Below, piece after piece: positions 59,813 to 64,000 of a stretch of DNA of 64,000 nt. The position numbers and the translations under genes are program-made. Under the pieces are notes generated by a model. That model was not told the origin of the DNA. It worked only from the letters and a program-made list of their open reading frames with translations, and ran no database searches. This DNA is from Phaeosaccion multiseriatum. Its lineage: Eukaryota; Protista; Ochrophyta, other classes. The stretch's first letter is position 1. Each line of letters opens with the position of its first letter. Location of the stretch: assembly GCA_965112735.1 (NCBI GenBank), contig OZ218961.1:1-64000 (forward strand), read 5' to 3'.

Positions 59813-62800
59813 ATGGAAAGGAGGCGGGTAACTCCCCTGGAGCATCAGGAGCTCATCATACAGGCAAGCCACTCGATCCCTTCCTTCCTATCCTTCTCTT
59901 GCTCTCTCCCTCACTACCGATCCATCTCTCCTCCCCCTCCCTCCCACCTCTCTTCTCTCATTCTACTCTCTCATTCCATCTCTGCGCCCAAGCGCCCCGC
60001 TCTCTCTACCATCTCAGCTCCTCTCACTTTTCTCCCTGTACATCTGCCTACCCATGGCTCCATATCTAGCCTTTCTCCTATCTGCCCAGTTTCCCGCTCT
60101 CTTCCCTCTGCCCTCCTCTCGGCCGCCCCTCTTTTTCTCTCTCCCTCTCTCTCCGTCTGACATACATCTCCCCCCATCCCGTCCCCACCTCTCTCCCCTG
60201 CGCAGGTGTGTCGGCAGCCGCCCGATGACCGCTCTCTGGACGACCTCCTGCGTGTGGAGGAGGCCCTGGAGGGTCTGTACCTCCTGCCCGAGCTGTTGCA
60301 GTTCCTACGCAAGCGGCACCAGCACCTCGAGTTCATCCGCTACCTGCAATGGGAAAGGGCCGAGCCCGGACAGGTGATATACAAGCCGCATACTGAACCT
60401 AATCCTGACCCCTTACCCAGCCCCACTAACCCTCTCTCTCTCTCTCTCTCTCTCTCATTCTCTCTCTCATTCTCTCTCTTTTTCATTCTCTCTCTCTCTT
60501 CTCTCTCCATCTCTTCTCTCTCTCTTCTCTCTCTCATTCTCTGTCTCCCTCATACTCTGTCTCCCTCTGGCAGGTGATTTACAAGGCCCACAGCGGGGTG
60601 GCAAGCCGCTCCTACCTCGTTGTCACGGAGAGCGTGGCGTTACACACAACCTTCTTCGTGGGGGCGGGGGAGGGCGGCGGAGAGGGGAGTGAAGCGGGCA
60701 CTGGCACGGAAGGAGGGGCAGGGGCGGGCGGAGGGGGCTCAGAGGGCATGATGCAGGCCCTAGCTGTATCACCAACTGCTGCAGCTGTCGATGCCAATGA
60801 TCCGTCCGGTGGCGCGGACGACGCTACCAACCCTGCAGCAGTTGACCATACAGCAGTTGGTGATATAGCCAGCCACGCGAGCACGCGGCACAGCGGTATG
60901 GTGTCCCTGGCCAGCCACACGAGCACGGAAGGGGAGGGGGGCTCGTCTGCCCCCACTTCCCTCCTCTTGGCGGGAGACGTGCTCGGCGCGCCTCTCCCTC
61001 AAGAGCGCTGGGCCCCGGCTATGGAGCGGGCCTCCAACGAGCGCTTCGCTGTGGTGGGCCCCCGAGGGGCAGACCTCCTCAGCATCTCCACTGCCGACTA
61101 CGACAAGGTACGGAAGGACAGGAGGGAAGGAAGGAAGGAAGGAAGGAACGAAGGAGGGAGGGAAAGAAGGAAAGAAGGAAGGAAGGAAGGAAGGAAGGAA
61201 GGAAGGAAGGAGGGAAAGAATGAAGGAACGAAGAAAGGAAGGAAGGAAGGAAGGAAGGAAGGAAGGAGGGAAGGAGGGAAGGAAGGAAGGAAGGAAGGAA
61301 GGAAGGAATGAAGGAAGGAAGGAAGGAAGGAAGGAAGGAAGGAAGGAAGGAGAAGGAAGGAAGGAAGGAAGGAAGGAAGGAAGGAAGGACAGGAGGAAAG
61401 GAATGACAGGAAGGAAGGAAGGACAGGAGGGAAGGAAGGAGGGAAGGAAGTAAGGAAAGAAGGAAGTAAGGAAAGAAGTAAGGAAAGAAGGAAGGAAAGA
61501 AGGAAGGCCAGGAGGGAGGGAGGGACAGGAGGGAGGGAAGGAAGGAAGGAAGGCCAGGAGGGAAGGAAGGACAGGAGGGAAGGAAGGAGGAACAGGAGGG
61601 AAGGTACTTGTTTGTGGAGGTACGAGGAGCTTAAGGCCTCACCTTCCCTACCGTATAGGAGCTTAAGGCCTCACATACCCTTACGTATGTATCCGCATGC
61701 GCATATCAAGACATCTCTTGTAGAGGTTACGTGCATGCTTCACCATGTAGTGCCATCTGATTTGTATAACCAACAAGTACCACCTCTCTTCCTCGCTTTC
61801 TCTCTCCCTCTCTTCCTCTCTTCCTCTCCCTCTCCCTCCCCTCTCTCACCCTCTCTCCCCCCCTCACTCTCTCTCCCTCCTCTCTCTCACTCTCTCTCTT
61901 TCCCTCCCCCCCCCCCTCCCCTCCCTCTCTGCCTGTGTGTGTCGAAGGTGAGGGCGTTGACCGACAAGGTGTTCCTGAGCAAGGTGGGGGCGGGGGGACA
62001 CGACCTCTCCAAGGACCAGATGCGTGCCTTCTTCCTCACGCCCGTGCACCAGCGATCCAAGGAGGGCATTGCTAAGGCGATGGCCTACCTCTTCGAGAGG
62101 GCGCCCTTCAGCAAGGGACTCGGGCAGGTCAGTGTCCGGACAGGACAGCGAGTAGTCAGTGCCAGGACAGCGAGTAGTCAGTGTCAGGACAGCGAGTAGT
62201 CAGTGTCAGGACAGTGAGGAGTGAGTGTCAGGACAGTGACGGGTCTAAATATCTGAAACTGCACATGACTGCCCCTCCCACCCCCTCCCACCCCCCCCAC
62301 AGGTGCAGCGGGAGACGCTGGCGAAGAGGCTTCAGCTCGTGTGGATGTGGCGCCCCGGGGACGTTTTTGTGCAGGTATGGACTGTGCAGTAAGTCAGTGA
62401 CGAGTTCTCTTGTCTCTCTTTCCTTGCGGATGAATGAGCAGGCGGACAGAGTCGATATCGATATCGATGGTCGATATGCTCCATATGTTTGATCGATCCA
62501 TGAGCTCAAACTCAAACTCAAGCTGCTCGTTGTGCACTGCCCTGACGGCACAGGGGGCCATTGGGCGAGAGTTCTACTTGGTCATGAGTGGCACTCTGGA
62601 AGTGGCCGTGGAGAGGGGAGGGGAGGGCAGGGAGGAAGTTGTGCACATCTACAGAGAGGGGGTGAGTGAGTGAGTGAGTGAGTGAGTGAGTGAGTGAGTG
62701 AGTGTGTAAGCGAGGAGTGGTGAGCCATGACAATGGAGGGGGGCTGATGGACTGACTGACTGGCTGAGCTGAGCTGAGCTGAGCTGACTGGCTGACTCAC

Positions 62801-64000
62801 TGACTGACTGACTGACTGACTGACTGACTGACTGACTGACTGACTGACTGACTGACTGACTGACTGACTGACTGACTGACTGACTGACTGACTGACTGAC
62901 TGACTGACTGACTGACTGACTGACTGACTGACTGACTAACGTCTAACTGGTACTGTATCTTATCAGGACGTCTTCGGGGAGCGGAGTCTGAACCTCGACC
63001 CCGGCTCCACGCGCAAGCGAGCGGCCACCGTGCGTAGCAGATACGCGTACTGTGAGCTCCTGCTGCTGCCAGGCGCTGACTACCAGGTGCTGAGGGGAAG
63101 GGGGGGAGGGGAGGAGGGGGGGAGGGGAGGGAGGGAGGAAGGGAGGAAGGGAGGAGGGGAGGAGGGGAGGGTGAGGGGTGGGGGGGAGGAGGGCAGGGAA
63201 AGGGAGGGAGGGGAGACGGGGAAGAGTGGAGGGAGGGGAGGGAGGAGGGGAGGGGATGGGGGGGCGGGAGGTTGGAGATCTACTCACTCACCCACCCACC
63301 CACCCACCCACCCGCCTACTCACCCACCTACTCACCCACCTACTCACCCACCCACCACCCCTCCCCTGCTGCCGCAGAGCCTGATGCTTGATATCCAGGA
63401 GCACATGAAGGGCACCTGTAGAGAGCTTGTGAGCAGGGGCTTCCCCTCCATGGCCGAGGGACTCGTCAGAGAGCTCACGGACATCGCCTCCTTCGTCAAG
63501 GTGGGCGCAAACCCAAGCTGTTGGTGATACAGCAGCAGATAGGGGGGACAAGGAGGAGAAAGGGGAGTGAGGGGGGCAGGAGGGGGGGCAGGGGGGGGGG
63601 AGGGGGCGCTGGAAGAGCAAGGGCCCAATTCCTCCTGCCCCAAAGTGTTTCACACTCACACCCTTCCCTTCCCTTCTCTTCCTGTCGTTTCCTTCCTTCC
63701 GGCTTGCTTCTCTTTTTGTATAAGTAATCGGTGTGGCGTATCATTGACTTACAGTTACGCAGTGGGTGGTACTCACAATTGGTACTCAGTCCCCCAACAA
63801 CCAACACCGATATCACTGACCTTTCACTGACTTACTCTCTGCGTCAGGTGGACATGGGCAGCGCTCTGGTGATCAAGGGACAGCCCATGGAGCTCACGCC
63901 CTTCCTCTGCAGGGGGGAAGTGGTGAGAGAGGTGGCGTTACAGAAAGACGACGACGACGCTCACGACACGGACGGGCCATCAGCTGCCTTCCTCAGCGGC
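59813..64000 (+). CDS. Cyclic-nucleotide-binding domain protein, 5' part (continues beyond window)
   Basis: Exons 59813-59863 (GC donor), 60206-60373, 60574-61107, 61948-62127, 62303-62374, 62554-62661, 62967-63086, 63378-63500, 63848->. cNMP motifs 'QGAIGREFYLVMSGTLEV' and 'GDVFGERSL...RAATV'. Confidence 0.8.

Overview
This is the left end of a eukaryotic chromosome. It opens with about 7.8 kb of (CCCTAA)n telomere, followed almost directly by a GC-rich, gene-dense region with GT-AG spliceosomal introns full of microsatellites and minisatellites. The ASD presequence (signal peptide + 'SAG-FVAP') points to an alga with a complex red plastid, most likely an ochrophyte (inference). Genes reconstructed by hand from splice sites, in order: a telomere-adjacent FNIP/LRR repeat gene with a 1-bp frameshift, a 5'-truncated RLE-type non-LTR retrotransposon with a perfect 18-bp TSD, a sulfotransferase with a 141-Glu tract, a hypothetical ORF, an MDAR-like reductase fused to an EF-hand pair, a glycosyltransferase, a second sulfotransferase, VMA22/CCDC115, a small PH-like protein, importin-5, Tag glycosylase, plastid ASD, a 2H phosphoesterase, Sec24, and a cNMP-binding protein running off the window. 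Most notable patterns: (1) at least four short motifs are shared by introns of unrelated genes and are orientation-polarised, with one strand next to donors and its reverse complement next to acceptors; (2) several introns begin with a copy of the flanking exon; (3) a ~200-bp element sits in introns of two unrelated genes; (4) the subtelomeric FNIP gene has a conserved scaffold with hypervariable positions; (5) the telomere junction looks like a 3' splice site. Exon coordinates are manual and need RNA-seq confirmation.
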